A stretch of 64,000 nucleotides of DNA from contig CAVTUQ010000002.1 of the NCBI GenBank assembly GCA_963737905.1, positions 640,001 through 704,000 on the forward strand. The letters are read 5' to 3'. Both the position numbers and the translations under genes were made by a program. Source of the stretch: an uncultured delta proteobacterium. GTDB taxonomy: Bacteria; Desulfobacterota; Binatia; UBA9968. The notes beneath the pieces are model-generated. The model saw only the letters and a program-made list of their open reading frames with translations. It did not search any database and was not told the DNA's origin. Shown here piece after piece: positions 19,501 to 28,968 of this stretch (the first letter of the stretch is position 1; every line of letters begins with the position of its first letter).

Positions 19501-20250
19501 ATGGACTCGGAACGTATCGCAGAACTTTTAACAGAAGTTCGGCAGGGAAAAGTTAGCGTAGCGCAGGCGTTGGCGCGCTTGCGCCATCTCCCCTTCGAAG
19601 ATCTTGGATTTGCGAAAGTCGATCATCATCGCGCCCTGCGTCGGGGTTTCCCCGAAGTCATCATGGGACAAGGCAAAGAACCAAGAGAGATTGCGGGTAT
19701 TGTACGGGCTTTACGCCGCCGCAAAGCAAACGTACTTGTAACCCGGCTGTCAGCTGAGAAAATGACAGCGGTTAAAAGGCTGGCTTCCGGGCTCAAATAT
19801 CATGCCGCGGCGCGCGCCGCGACCTGGATCGGGAAGCCGATAAAGATTACAGGCAAGGGTGCGGTGTTGGTGGTTTGCGCCGGCACTTCTGATATACCCG
19901 TCGCTGAGGAGGCCGCGCTAACGGCTGTTATGATGGGCAACCGAGTCGAAAAGCTTTTTGACGTCGGTGTGGCAGGAATTCACCGTCTCCTAGGAAACAG
20001 ACAGCAGCTATACGCCGCCTCGGTTGTTATCGTAATCGCCGGTATGGAGGGAGCGTTGCCGAGTGTCGTTGCCGGACTGATCGATAAGCCGGTTATTGCG
20101 GTGCCTACCAGCGTCGGATATGGGGCGAGTTTCAATGGACTTGCCGCGCTGCTGGCAATGCTCAATTCATGCGCCTCTGGCATAACGGTGGTCAATATTG
20201 ATAATGGCTTTGGAGCGGGATTTGCGGCGAGCCTCATAAACCGGGTATAA
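19501..20250 (+). CDS. larB: Nickel pincer cofactor biosynthesis protein LarB (AIR carboxylase family)
   Basis: AKVDHHRALRRGFPEVI, AGTSDIPVAEEA, DVGVAGIHRL, AGMEGALPS, NIDNGFGA. Confidence 0.9.
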   Translation: MDSERIAELLTEVRQGKVSVAQALARLRHLPFEDLGFAKVDHHRALRRGFPEVIMGQGKEPREIAGIVRALRRRKANVLVTRLSAEKMTAVKRLASGLKYHAAARAATWIGKPIKITGKGAVLVVCAGTSDIPVAEEAALTAVMMGNRVEKLFDVGVAGIHRLLGNRQQLYAASVVIVIAGMEGALPSVVAGLIDKPVIAVPTSVGYGASFNGLAALLAMLNSCASGITVVNIDNGFGAGFAASLINRV

Positions 20251-20456
20251 AGAGATTCAGTGTACACACGGCGATCCAACGAAAGAGAACTTACAACATA
20301 ACAGACTATCTGTTCCACACCGAAAGAGGAGCATGGTCTTTTCCAACAACGCTAAAGAGGATGCCCCAACCCGCCGATATCTTAAAAAACGCTCTCTCGT
20401 GCTAATTCAACGCCAACCCAGTGATCAGGCCACGACTAATTCCACAGGCATGAATC

Positions 20457-20882
20457 ATGGAGAACCAAAAGAAATATCGTCTGACACCTCGGCAATCTGA
20501 GCTCGCTGTAAGGGTTTCGGGTAACTCTCAAGCCGATCTGTTCGCCAACTCCGCTTTCGCGCTTTTCGACGTCATGACTGATGTCGACAAGGTTGATATT
20601 AAGGATCGTATCCCTCTGGAGGTAGAGGGGGCGGATCGGGACGACCTCATGGTCAATTGGATGCGCGAGCTACTATATCTCTATCAGGGAAGCGGTTATG
20701 TGCTGAAGGAATTTCATATCCGCGAGACAAAAGATACGCTGGTGAAGGCGGAAGTATGCGGCGAGAAAATCGATCCCGATCGGCATGAGATTAATAAAGA
20801 AATTCTGGGCGTCGCTTACCACCAAAGCCGAATGCAAAAGACCGGTGAGCAGTGGACCGCACAACTGATCTTTGAAATCTGA
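20457..20882 (+). CDS. Archease family protein
   Basis: DLFANSAFALFDVMTD, LMVNWMRELLYL, GEKIDPDRHEINKEILGVAYH, WTAQLIFEI. Confidence 0.8.
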   Translation: MENQKKYRLTPRQSELAVRVSGNSQADLFANSAFALFDVMTDVDKVDIKDRIPLEVEGADRDDLMVNWMRELLYLYQGSGYVLKEFHIRETKDTLVKAEVCGEKIDPDRHEINKEILGVAYHQSRMQKTGEQWTAQLIFEI

Positions 20883-20888
20883 AAACTC

Positions 20889-22292
20889 ATGACCCAGCTC
20901 ACGGACACAGAATACGAGGGAACCGCGCTGATCGCTGACCCCATCCACCGTTACATTCAATTCACCGTCCCGCAAAAGAAATCCGAAGTCACTGAGAAAG
21001 CACTCATCGACTCCCCCTGGGTGCAGCGGTTGCGCTACATTTATCAACTTCAGAGCGCCCGGTGGGTCTATCCTTCTGCCGAACATAGCCGGTTTCAGCA
21101 CTCTCTGGGTGCCATGCACATGGCGGGAGAATTTGCCAAACATCTCTATCCTTCCCTAAAAAAAGTGCTTGGCAATGAGTGTCCTTCGGCTCCCTTTATT
21201 GAAGAATATATGCGGGTTACGGGGCTTCTGCACGACGTGGGACACGGACCCTTCGGCCATTTTTTTGATGACAATTTCCTCTCTACATACGACTTAACCC
21301 ACGAGGATCTAGGACAGATCATCATTCAAAACCATCTGAGTGAGATTATTAGTCAACTACGACGCAGTCCCAGTGGACCCTTCGATCCAGGCGAGGAGCT
21401 GCGTCCTGAGGATATTGCGTTTCCAATTAAGAAAGATGGCAAGGAAGACCATCGCAAGCCGAAATGGGTAAGATTTCTGGAACCTCTCACAAGCGGCATC
21501 TTTACCTTCGACAATATGGACTATGTATCGCGCGACTCCTATATGTGCGGGGTCGCAGCGGGCCCGGTAGATCGTGCACGACTGATCTACTACACGTTTT
21601 TCTCGCCGAAAGGCCTCACCTTGCACAAGGCAGGCAATAGCGCACTGACGATGTTTCTAAACACTCGCCTCTATCTTTACACTAACGTCTATTATCACCG
21701 CACAACACGGGCCATCGATCTACATCTAAGAGAGATTTTTCCCGAAACCATGCGTGTCCTCTTCCCGGGCAACCCTGCGGAGCATATGGACGAGTATCTT
21801 TATCTGACGGACTGGTCATTACTCGAGGAAGTTTCCCGCTGGCGTCGAAACAACGGCGAGCTCGCGGCATTAGCCAAGGAATGGGAAACCGTCCTCCACC
21901 GTGAGGTCAAGTGGAAGATGGCGTACGATCGGACCCTGTCCCTCAACGAGCTTCGTTACGGAGTGGCTTTGATCCAAGACACCGACTGGGAAAAGCGAAT
22001 TCGCTCAGCGCTGCCGGCGGTTGCGCGAGATCTAGTGTTCCGGGTAGACATGGCGACCCAAGATCCACGACCGGAAAATCCGTTCGCCATGGGAAAGAAA
22101 CAAATTCACATCTTCGATCCTTCCACCGGTGAGATCACCAAAGAGTCCTTGGCGGAGCTTTTCGAGTTTATTCCATCCAAAGTGGTCCAATTTAGAGTTT
22201 TCGCGCTGGACCATGAACAGGATCAGCTATTATCCGAGGTCGCTGAAAGCACACTGAAGGGACAGTCCCCATCCGTAAAAACCAGCGTTTAG
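20889..22292 (+). CDS. HD-domain phosphohydrolase (SAMHD1/dNTP triphosphohydrolase-like)
   Basis: DPIH...QRLRYIYQL...YPSAEHSRFQHSLG, LLHDVGHGPFGH, DNMDYVSRDSY, VYYHRT. Confidence 0.88.
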   Translation: MTQLTDTEYEGTALIADPIHRYIQFTVPQKKSEVTEKALIDSPWVQRLRYIYQLQSARWVYPSAEHSRFQHSLGAMHMAGEFAKHLYPSLKKVLGNECPSAPFIEEYMRVTGLLHDVGHGPFGHFFDDNFLSTYDLTHEDLGQIIIQNHLSEIISQLRRSPSGPFDPGEELRPEDIAFPIKKDGKEDHRKPKWVRFLEPLTSGIFTFDNMDYVSRDSYMCGVAAGPVDRARLIYYTFFSPKGLTLHKAGNSALTMFLNTRLYLYTNVYYHRTTRAIDLHLREIFPETMRVLFPGNPAEHMDEYLYLTDWSLLEEVSRWRRNNGELAALAKEWETVLHREVKWKMAYDRTLSLNELRYGVALIQDTDWEKRIRSALPAVARDLVFRVDMATQDPRPENPFAMGKKQIHIFDPSTGEITKESLAELFEFIPSKVVQFRVFALDHEQDQLLSEVAESTLKGQSPSVKTSV

Positions 22293-22433
22293 CGGCAGGA
22301 TCGTATGCTCGACAAAGTGTACAGCGAGTTACCAGGGTCGATTAACGCCTCTGTACCTCATCGAGCCACCGCCGAGCACACATCCATGTGCTGGGCTGCC
22401 ATTCACAACTGCCCGGAGTCCTCCTGATCATTG

Positions 22434-23609
22434 ATGCGTCTAGATCTTCTCATCTTCGGGGGAGGGGCTGCGGGACTATGGTGTTTAGATCGCTTTCGCC
22501 GAGCAGGCTATCTTGCCATCCTCCTCGAAGCGGCGGCTCTCGGCCGGGGACAGACGATTCAGGCACAGGGGATCATCCACGGGGGAGGAAAATACGCGCT
22601 TCGCGGCGTGCGTGATTTTACAGCCGTGCGGGTTACGAGGGAAATGCCGGAGCGATGGCTGCGCAGTCTAGCGGGAGACATCAAACCAGATCTGCGCGGC
22701 ACCCAGGTTCTTTCAGACCAATGTCACCTTTGGCTGCCACGAGGGTCAATAGCAGCACGGGCATTGTCTTGGGGATTCATGTCGCTTCTTGCACAAGGGG
22801 GGCTCCTGTCAACGCCGCCCAAACAGCTTCCGGATTCGATGTGGCCGGAGGCGCTCCGAGGTTCGGCCTTTGCTGTCTATGCGATGGCGGAACCGGTTGT
22901 TGCAACGGGTTCACTCCTTCACACGCTGGCGCGCCCTTACCGCAAGTGGATTTTATCCTACGATGTCTCTACCCTTGATTTCGCTGGCGAACAAGTGCAG
23001 ATCGCTGACGCGCTTTTCCAACCGCGCTCGATCGTGTTCGCGGCAGGCGAAGGCAACGCCGAACTTATGCTAAGGGCCGGAATCCACGGCGACCTCATGC
23101 AGCGCCGGCCGCTTAAAATGGTACTCCTCAGGGGCACGGCCCTGCCCGTGCTGTTTGGCCATTGCATCATGCGTGGAAAAACGCAGCTTACAATCACTAC
23201 GCCCACCCAGGGTATCTGGCAAGTCGGGGGCGAGATTGCGGAACAACTGGCGCACCAGGAAAACTTGGAAGAAGCGCGACAAGCCGCCATGCGTGAGGTC
23301 CGGCGTTGCCTTCCCGGGCTGGATTTCTCGAGTGTCGAGATCGCCATTTACCCGGCTACTCGGGCAGAGGCAAGAACTGCAGAACAAAAGCGCCCGAGTG
23401 GCGTCCACGTCTCGCGCGTCGCCCCCAGAATCGTTGTAGGCTGGCCCACTAAGCTCTCGATGGCGCCGATTCTGGCAGAGGAAATTTTTGCCTTGGTGAG
23501 CGCGGAACTCAAACAACCCGGCGATTACGAGGAGCCATCAGTACCATGGCCGACGCCCCCCGTCGCGCGGTATCCGTGGGAGGAGATTGAATGGTTTGCC
23601 GGTCGCTAG
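22434..23609 (+). CDS. FAD-dependent oxidoreductase (DAO family)
   Basis: Rossmann motif DLLIFGGGAAGLW, GQTIQAQGIIHGGGKYAL, WPTKLSMAP. Confidence 0.8.
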   Translation: MRLDLLIFGGGAAGLWCLDRFRRAGYLAILLEAAALGRGQTIQAQGIIHGGGKYALRGVRDFTAVRVTREMPERWLRSLAGDIKPDLRGTQVLSDQCHLWLPRGSIAARALSWGFMSLLAQGGLLSTPPKQLPDSMWPEALRGSAFAVYAMAEPVVATGSLLHTLARPYRKWILSYDVSTLDFAGEQVQIADALFQPRSIVFAAGEGNAELMLRAGIHGDLMQRRPLKMVLLRGTALPVLFGHCIMRGKTQLTITTPTQGIWQVGGEIAEQLAHQENLEEARQAAMREVRRCLPGLDFSSVEIAIYPATRAEARTAEQKRPSGVHVSRVAPRIVVGWPTKLSMAPILAEEIFALVSAELKQPGDYEEPSVPWPTPPVARYPWEEIEWFAGR

Positions 23610-24355
23610 GCCAAACGGGCTTGATTGTAAGTCGCATCGGGCTTGGAACGACCAAACTCGGGAGAAATACCGATGTGAAATACCCTAACGCTTTTGCGCT
23701 CCCGTCGGACAAACAGGTTGGTGAGCTGCTCGACAGTGCTTTAACATTGGGAGTGAATTTAATCGACACTGCGCCAGCCTATGGTGCGAGTGAGACGCGA
23801 TTGGGGGCCTTCGTCGGGGACCACCGTGACCGTTTCGTCCTTAGCACCAAATGCGGCGAACAATACGGCAACGGCCGCTCTATTTACGATTTTTCCGCGG
23901 GCGGCATCACAGCTTCGGTGGAGACGAGCCTCAGGCATCTCAACGTCGATCATGTCGACATCCTCTTATTGCACTCCGACGGGAGGGACATTGAAATCCT
24001 GACGCGAACCGATGCGCTGGAAGCCCTGATCCGTCTGAAACAAGATGGTAAAACAAGGGCCATCGGTATTTCCGCAAGGACTGAGGAGGGAATCCGCGAA
24101 GCCTGCCGAGGACTCGATGTGGTCATGGCTCCATTTAGCCAGAAAGATCCGGGCCTAGCAGAGGCCCTGCGACACGCGCACGAAATGGGGCTTGGCGTGC
24201 TGGCGATTAAAGGACTTTCCAGCGGCCATCTGGAAGCGCGCCCCGCCATTGAGTTTGTCCTCCACCATCAATTTATCGATGCGCTCATTTTGGGAACGAC
24301 AGATCCGGTACACCTCCACGAAGCGGTTTCAATAGCGGAACACACCGCCAGTTAA
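23591..24355 (+). CDS. Aldo/keto reductase
   Basis: IGLGTTKLGR, NLIDTAPAYGASE, STKCGE, SLRHLNVDHVDILLLH; overlaps the upstream gene. Confidence 0.9.
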   Translation: MVCRSLGQTGLIVSRIGLGTTKLGRNTDVKYPNAFALPSDKQVGELLDSALTLGVNLIDTAPAYGASETRLGAFVGDHRDRFVLSTKCGEQYGNGRSIYDFSAGGITASVETSLRHLNVDHVDILLLHSDGRDIEILTRTDALEALIRLKQDGKTRAIGISARTEEGIREACRGLDVVMAPFSQKDPGLAEALRHAHEMGLGVLAIKGLSSGHLEARPAIEFVLHHQFIDALILGTTDPVHLHEAVSIAEHTAS

Positions 24356-24419
24356 ACGGGACTCTCCCAACTTTGCGCCGACCCGCATCGGCGGAGGACT
24401 AACTAGGCCCGGGTGTTTC

Positions 24420-25671
24420 TCAGTCGGACTGGTTAACCGTGGTTTTTCGTTGGATTCCCGCGAACCAGTAAAAAGTAAGCCCAGTTAGAGCTATGGAGAC
24501 GAGTGAAGTGAGCGCCAACCCTGGAGCGGCGCCAAATATTGTCACGAACGCGCCCATCGCCATTGAACCCAAGGAGCGCATTCCCTGATCCATCAGAAAA
24601 ATGCTCATGACCCGCCCGAGCAACTCCCGGGGGGTTTCTATTTGTATAATCAACCGGCTGATCGTGCGAAAGATAATCTGAGCTCCACCCACGAGCCCGA
24701 GTAGAAAAACCGACAGCCATAGGTACGGCGACAGGCAAAACAAAATGAGCAGCAGCGGTGTCGCCTTTGCCGAAAACCAGAGTAGGCTCACTCGATCCCA
24801 GCGTTTCTCAAGGATCCCGAGAATAATCAGACAGAAGACGGCGCCGAGGCCCGGTGCCGCCATGAGCAGCCCCAAACCCTCCGGACCAACATTTAGAACA
24901 TCTTTGGCGAACACCGGCAAAAAACGTGTATAGGTTCCCACGAAGATACTGAGCACGTAAGCCGCAATGGTGCTGGCCAGGATAAGCGGGGTAGCACGAA
25001 TATAACGGAACCCTTCCTTAAACTCTTGGACCATATCTCCTTCCGAGTGATGTTGGCCTGTCTTATCTAAACGGATCCACAGCAATTCAATGCCGGATAA
25101 TAAGAGGGAAACACCATAGAAAAGAAAGGATCCTCCAACACCGATCCAAAGAATTAAGACTCCCCCAATGGAAGGACCGACGATGCGCGCAAAGTTGAAC
25201 CCGATGGAGTAGAGGGACACGGCGCTCAGCAACTCCGCTTCCGGGACCAAGTCGCGCAGCAGCGATTGGCCCGCCGTGGGGTTCATGCTGCGCACGATAG
25301 AGAGCAACGTTTCCAGCACCACGATGTGCCAGAACTGCAAGATTCCCGCAAAATAGAGCCCCACCAACCCGAATACGGGCAAACAACAAAGAAACTGAAT
25401 GCCGGTCAGTAGACGCAAGCGATCGTAGCGATCTACGATCACACCGCCGACGGCGCCCAAGAGTAGTCTCGGCGTGGCTTCGCAAAAGCCCAGAATACCC
25501 AGAGCCAGAGCCGAGCCCGTGATCTCATAGGCGAGCCAGTAGAGCGCTACTTCGCGCACGAACTGACCAATGGAAGCCATTAGATCGCTTGACCAAAACA
25601 GAGCGTAATTCCTGTACCGCAGCGAATGAAAGACGCGAATCGGCAGACTCCCAGAAGGAATTTGTTCACGT
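24420..25671 (-). CDS. MFS transporter (MFS_3/enterobactin-exporter-like); true start uncertain
   Basis: Hydrophobic multi-TM pattern with GVIVDRYDRLRLL and LLGRVMSIF. The in-frame segment VFHSLRYRNYALFWSS lies upstream of the called ATG (25580). Confidence 0.8.
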
Positions 25672-25790
25672 GTAGATCCTCCTTATAACTTTTCCCCTTC
25701 TACGTGAAAAGGGATCATGCTTAGCCTTCTTAACCTTTACCTCTACTCCCGTTTCCGTTAGATTCAGTTCACCTACCGCTCGGCTATCCT

Positions 25791-26573
25791 ATGTTGATAA
25801 CGCTCACCACCGATTTTGGCTACGCGGACCCCTTTGTGGGGATCATGAAAGGCGTCATCTGTGGAATTAATCCGCAGGTTCGGATCGTGGACATTAGTCA
25901 TGGCATACCTGCACAGGACATCCTGGCCGCCGCTCTAGCTTTGCGGTATTCGACACGATACTTTCCACCGAGGACGATCCATGTCGTGGTGGTGGACCCC
26001 GGTGTGGGCAGTGCACGCCAGCCGTTGCTTCTAGAGTTCGAGGAAAACTATTTCATAGGGCCGGACAATGGAGTGTTGAGCCTTGCAATGGAAGGAAAGG
26101 GGCCTACACGGATCGTTCACCTATCGAATCCGAGTTATCATCTGCGGCCCACCAGCACGACCTTTCACGGACGAGATATTTTTGCCCCAACGGCTGCGTA
26201 TCTCTCCCGCGGCGTTGCGCCCGAGGCTTTGGGCGAACTGACAGACCACTTCGCGAGGCTGTCATGGCCCACGGTTGTCAAAACTGAGACGAGCATGACA
26301 GGCGAGATTGTGTACAGTGACGGTTTCGGTAATCTGATTACGAACATCGGCGCGGATGATCTAAAGGAGCTATCGGGACAACAACTTAGGATCACGCTTT
26401 GCGACCTCTCGATTCCCGGCCTGGCGGCAAATTACGCCGCAGTTGAGCGAAACAGGTATGTCGCGCTGATCAACAGTTGGGGATTATTGGAAATTGCGAT
26501 TTACAAGGACAGTGCCCAGAAATGTAGCGGCGCGATCATCGGCGACAAAGTTCAGATCACCTGGGTTCCGTAG
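25791..26573 (+). CDS. SAM hydrolase / chlorinase-fluorinase family (DUF62)
   Basis: [45 protein letters not shown]. Confidence 0.9.
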   Translation: MLITLTTDFGYADPFVGIMKGVICGINPQVRIVDISHGIPAQDILAAALALRYSTRYFPPRTIHVVVVDPGVGSARQPLLLEFEENYFIGPDNGVLSLAMEGKGPTRIVHLSNPSYHLRPTSTTFHGRDIFAPTAAYLSRGVAPEALGELTDHFARLSWPTVVKTETSMTGEIVYSDGFGNLITNIGADDLKELSGQQLRITLCDLSIPGLAANYAAVERNRYVALINSWGLLEIAIYKDSAQKCSGAIIGDKVQITWVP

Positions 26574-26598
26574 GAGGAACACCAACCGGAGGTCACTT

Positions 26599-27060
26599 AT
26601 GAGCGAACGGTTAAGCTGGGATCAATATTTCATGACCATAACGCAACAGGTCGCGGAACGTTCCACGTGTGCCCGCGCCAAGGTCGGGGCGGTTATCGTC
26701 CGGGATAAGAATATCCTCGCCACAGGCTACAACGGCGCACCGGCCGGTATGCCTCACTGTACAGACGTCGGTTGTCTCATCTATCAATCCAAAACTCCTA
26801 ACGGGGAGACCGAGGAGAACTGCTTCAGAACCATCCACGCCGAGATGAATGCCATTGCCCAAGCTGCAAAGAACGGCTCAAGTATAAAAGATGCGGCTAT
26901 CTATATTACCCATACCCCCTGCATTCACTGCCTCAAGGTGCTAGTCAACACCGGCATCAAGGACATTTACTACTTAAAACCTTACAAACTTCACACCTTG
27001 GACGAGTTGCTTCGCTATACCCAGGTCCATCTTTACGGAGTCGATCTCCCGGCTAAATAA
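26599..27060 (+). CDS. dCMP/cytidine deaminase (ComEB-like)
   Basis: SWDQYFM...RSTC...ATGYNG, HAEMNAI, PCIHC Zn motifs. Confidence 0.9.
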   Translation: MSERLSWDQYFMTITQQVAERSTCARAKVGAVIVRDKNILATGYNGAPAGMPHCTDVGCLIYQSKTPNGETEENCFRTIHAEMNAIAQAAKNGSSIKDAAIYITHTPCIHCLKVLVNTGIKDIYYLKPYKLHTLDELLRYTQVHLYGVDLPAK

Positions 27061-27089
27061 AAAGGGCGGGGTTCTTCTCCCCGCCCTTT
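27059..27089. terminator. Bidirectional intrinsic terminator
   Basis: AAAGGGCGGGG-ttcttct-CCCCGCCCTTT between the convergent deaminase and atpE genes. Confidence 0.8.
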
Positions 27090-27112
27090 CGGTTTACGTT
27101 GCAATCGCGAGA

Positions 27113-27442
27113 TCAGATCCTACCGGTTAAAATAATCGCGATAACGAAGCCATAAAGTGCTAAAGCTTCCAGCAGCGCGAGAGTTAGCACTAACGGCAAG
27201 AACAGCCTATCGGCGGCGTTCGGATTGCGGCCGATGCTTTCCATCGCGGCGGCGCCCACTCGCCCCTGGCCTAGGGCTGCGCCGAAGCCGGCGACGGCGA
27301 CGGCCAAACCGGCGGCAATGGCAATGGCAGCTTTGACCTGGGAATCGCCGCTCGCGGCAGCGCCTTCGGCAGCGGCTATTGCCGCGCCCGAACTAAAGAG
27401 GCTGACGCAAAGTCCGCCCAATAACACAGTTAATTTTCTCAC
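27113..27442 (-). CDS. atpE: ATP synthase F0 subunit c
   Basis: GAALGQG...GRNP...LLEALALY with the ion-binding Glu; N-terminal extension. Confidence 0.93.
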   Translation of the reverse strand: MRKLTVLLGGLCVSLFSSGAAIAAAEGAAASGDSQVKAAIAIAAGLAVAVAGFGAALGQGRVGAAAMESIGRNPNAADRLFLPLVLTLALLEALALYGFVIAIILTGRI

Positions 27443-27511
27443 TCCTTCCTCCTTTCCAGCGAATCTGGCCTACCACTCCTCTGTCCTCATCCTCTCCGAG
27501 CGGCCTATCGC

Positions 27512-28303
27512 TTAATGACCTGGTTGATGTGATTCGTGTCCGTGTGCTTCATCATGTCCACTAACAGCCAAAGCGACGTAGATCATGCTCAAAACCATGA
27601 AGACAAACGCCTGTATTAGCGATACGAGAGTTCCCATAACGTAAAAGGCAACCGGTATGACAAGTTTCGTCAGCCCAGTGAAGGCACCAATGACTTCGTG
27701 GTCTCCCATTATATTGCCAAACAGACGCAAAGAGAGCGAAACCGGCCTAAATCCGTTGGAGAACAGCTCTATGATTAAGAAAAATATGACTGAGATCAGC
27801 AGGACCGGCAGGAATGCCAGCTTTGAGAGGAATCCCTTTCCCGGGAGATAGGTCATAGGCCCTATGAACTGCTTGAAATAGGCCATTCCCTGCTCGCGCA
27901 CTCCGATGAGGTTATAGCCAACGAAGGACACCAGCGCTAGGCCCAAAGTCGTGTTGAGGTTACCCGTGGGTGACCCGAATCCGGGTAGAAGCCCCATCAG
28001 ATTGCTAAAGAGGATGAAGAAAAAGAAACTCGCAAAGTACGGCACATACTTCCGCCCGCCCTTTCCGATGATAGCGTCACTTTGGCGTACGATTACATAC
28101 TCAAGCAACAATTCGACGATATTGCGTGCCCCTAGTTTTTCCTCGGGTACCGTGGGATCCTGGGCTCGCGCTAGCTGAGAGCGCGCACGTAAAGCAAAGA
28201 AAATAAGCAACACGGTTGCCAGGAGAGCGAAAAACGTGTGCTCTTGAAACGCTGCCTGCAACTCATGTGGCAGGAGATAGTACCAAGTGAATCCGTGCTC
28301 CAT
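27512..28303 (-). CDS. atpB: ATP synthase F0 subunit a
   Basis: NLMGLLPG, PTGNLNTT, RPVSLSLRLFGN, IQAFVFMVLSMIY. Confidence 0.95.
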   Translation of the reverse strand: MEHGFTWYYLLPHELQAAFQEHTFFALLATVLLIFFALRARSQLARAQDPTVPEEKLGARNIVELLLEYVIVRQSDAIIGKGGRKYVPYFASFFFFILFSNLMGLLPGFGSPTGNLNTTLGLALVSFVGYNLIGVREQGMAYFKQFIGPMTYLPGKGFLSKLAFLPVLLISVIFFLIIELFSNGFRPVSLSLRLFGNIMGDHEVIGAFTGLTKLVIPVAFYVMGTLVSLIQAFVFMVLSMIYVALAVSGHDEAHGHESHQPGH

Positions 28304-28306
28304 CGC

Positions 28307-28684
28307 CTATATTCCCAAGCTGGGTCTGGTTCTTATGGCCTCCACAAGAATGGCCAAAAGCAAAGTCGAAAACCCCAAAGCAAAAGATATCGCATCCAAT
28401 TGGACCCGAAAGAAGAGCGTAGCCAACAAAGCTATAAAGATCGCGATCTTGACCACTAACAACCCGACACCGGCCTTGACTCTTCCTCGACTAGCCAAAG
28501 GCGTTAACACCCAGGCAACGCCATAACTCAAGAGAAGGAAGTTTATTCCCATGAACAGGCCGCCGATGAGTAATCCTTCCGGCTCGACGAACCTCCCGGG
28601 CGCGAGGGTTACCAGCAGTCCTAAAAGCATGGCAACATGCCATAACTCAATGCGGAGTATTGTCTTTTTCGAGGCGGTTTCCAT
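28307..28684 (-). CDS. atpI: ATP synthase accessory protein AtpI
   Basis: Small multi-TM protein immediately upstream of atpB. Confidence 0.7.
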   Translation of the reverse strand: METASKKTILRIELWHVAMLLGLLVTLAPGRFVEPEGLLIGGLFMGINFLLLSYGVAWVLTPLASRGRVKAGVGLLVVKIAIFIALLATLFFRVQLDAISFALGFSTLLLAILVEAIRTRPSLGI

Positions 28685-28940
28685 CGGGTTTCCTGGCAAA
28701 GTACTTAAACCAGTGCACCAATCTCACAAAGGCTCCAGCGAAAGCGATTGCGCTAAGCGCGATCAAGAACCAAGGAGACGTACCTAAATAATTGTCCAAC
28801 AGGTATCCTACGAACAAGCCCCCCAGTATGGTTCCTGGAAGTTCGAGAGCAACGCCGAGATATAGAGTTGCTCGCCGTAGGAACGGAGTTTGGCTCTCTT
28901 GCTGGCGATCGGGGCGGCCCCCAACTTTCCCCACTGGCAT
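28647..28940 (-). CDS. atpZ: AtpZ/AtpI-family small membrane protein
   Basis: GLFVGYLLDNYLGTSPWFLI motif; upstream of atpI. Confidence 0.8.
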   Translation of the reverse strand: MPVGKVGGRPDRQQESQTPFLRRATLYLGVALELPGTILGGLFVGYLLDNYLGTSPWFLIALSAIAFAGAFVRLVHWFKYFARKPDGNRLEKDNTPH

Positions 28941-28968
28941 AATTTCCTATCATGAAGGTCTGGGGGGG

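Noticed and set aside
20275-20364. Three loose TCCA..C..AAAGAG repeats between larB and archease
   Set aside because: Too degenerate and irregularly spaced to be a CRISPR array or a defensible motif.
25791-26573. Fluorinase or chlorinase for halometabolite synthesis
   Set aside because: The motifs (TFHGRD) and housekeeping context fit the widespread DUF62 SAM hydrolase, and no biosynthetic cluster is nearby.
20889-27060. dNTPase, dCMP deaminase and SAM hydrolase as a nucleotide-depletion anti-phage island
   Set aside because: The genes are not contiguous, each looks like an ordinary housekeeping family member, the deaminase lacks a fused kinase domain, and there is no mobile or defence context.
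27113-27442. Possible Na+-translocating c subunit and a signal-like N-terminal extension
   Set aside because: The ion-binding Glu is followed by Ala (EAL), not Ser/Thr, so it is probably H+-type. N-terminal extensions are common in deltaproteobacterial c subunits.
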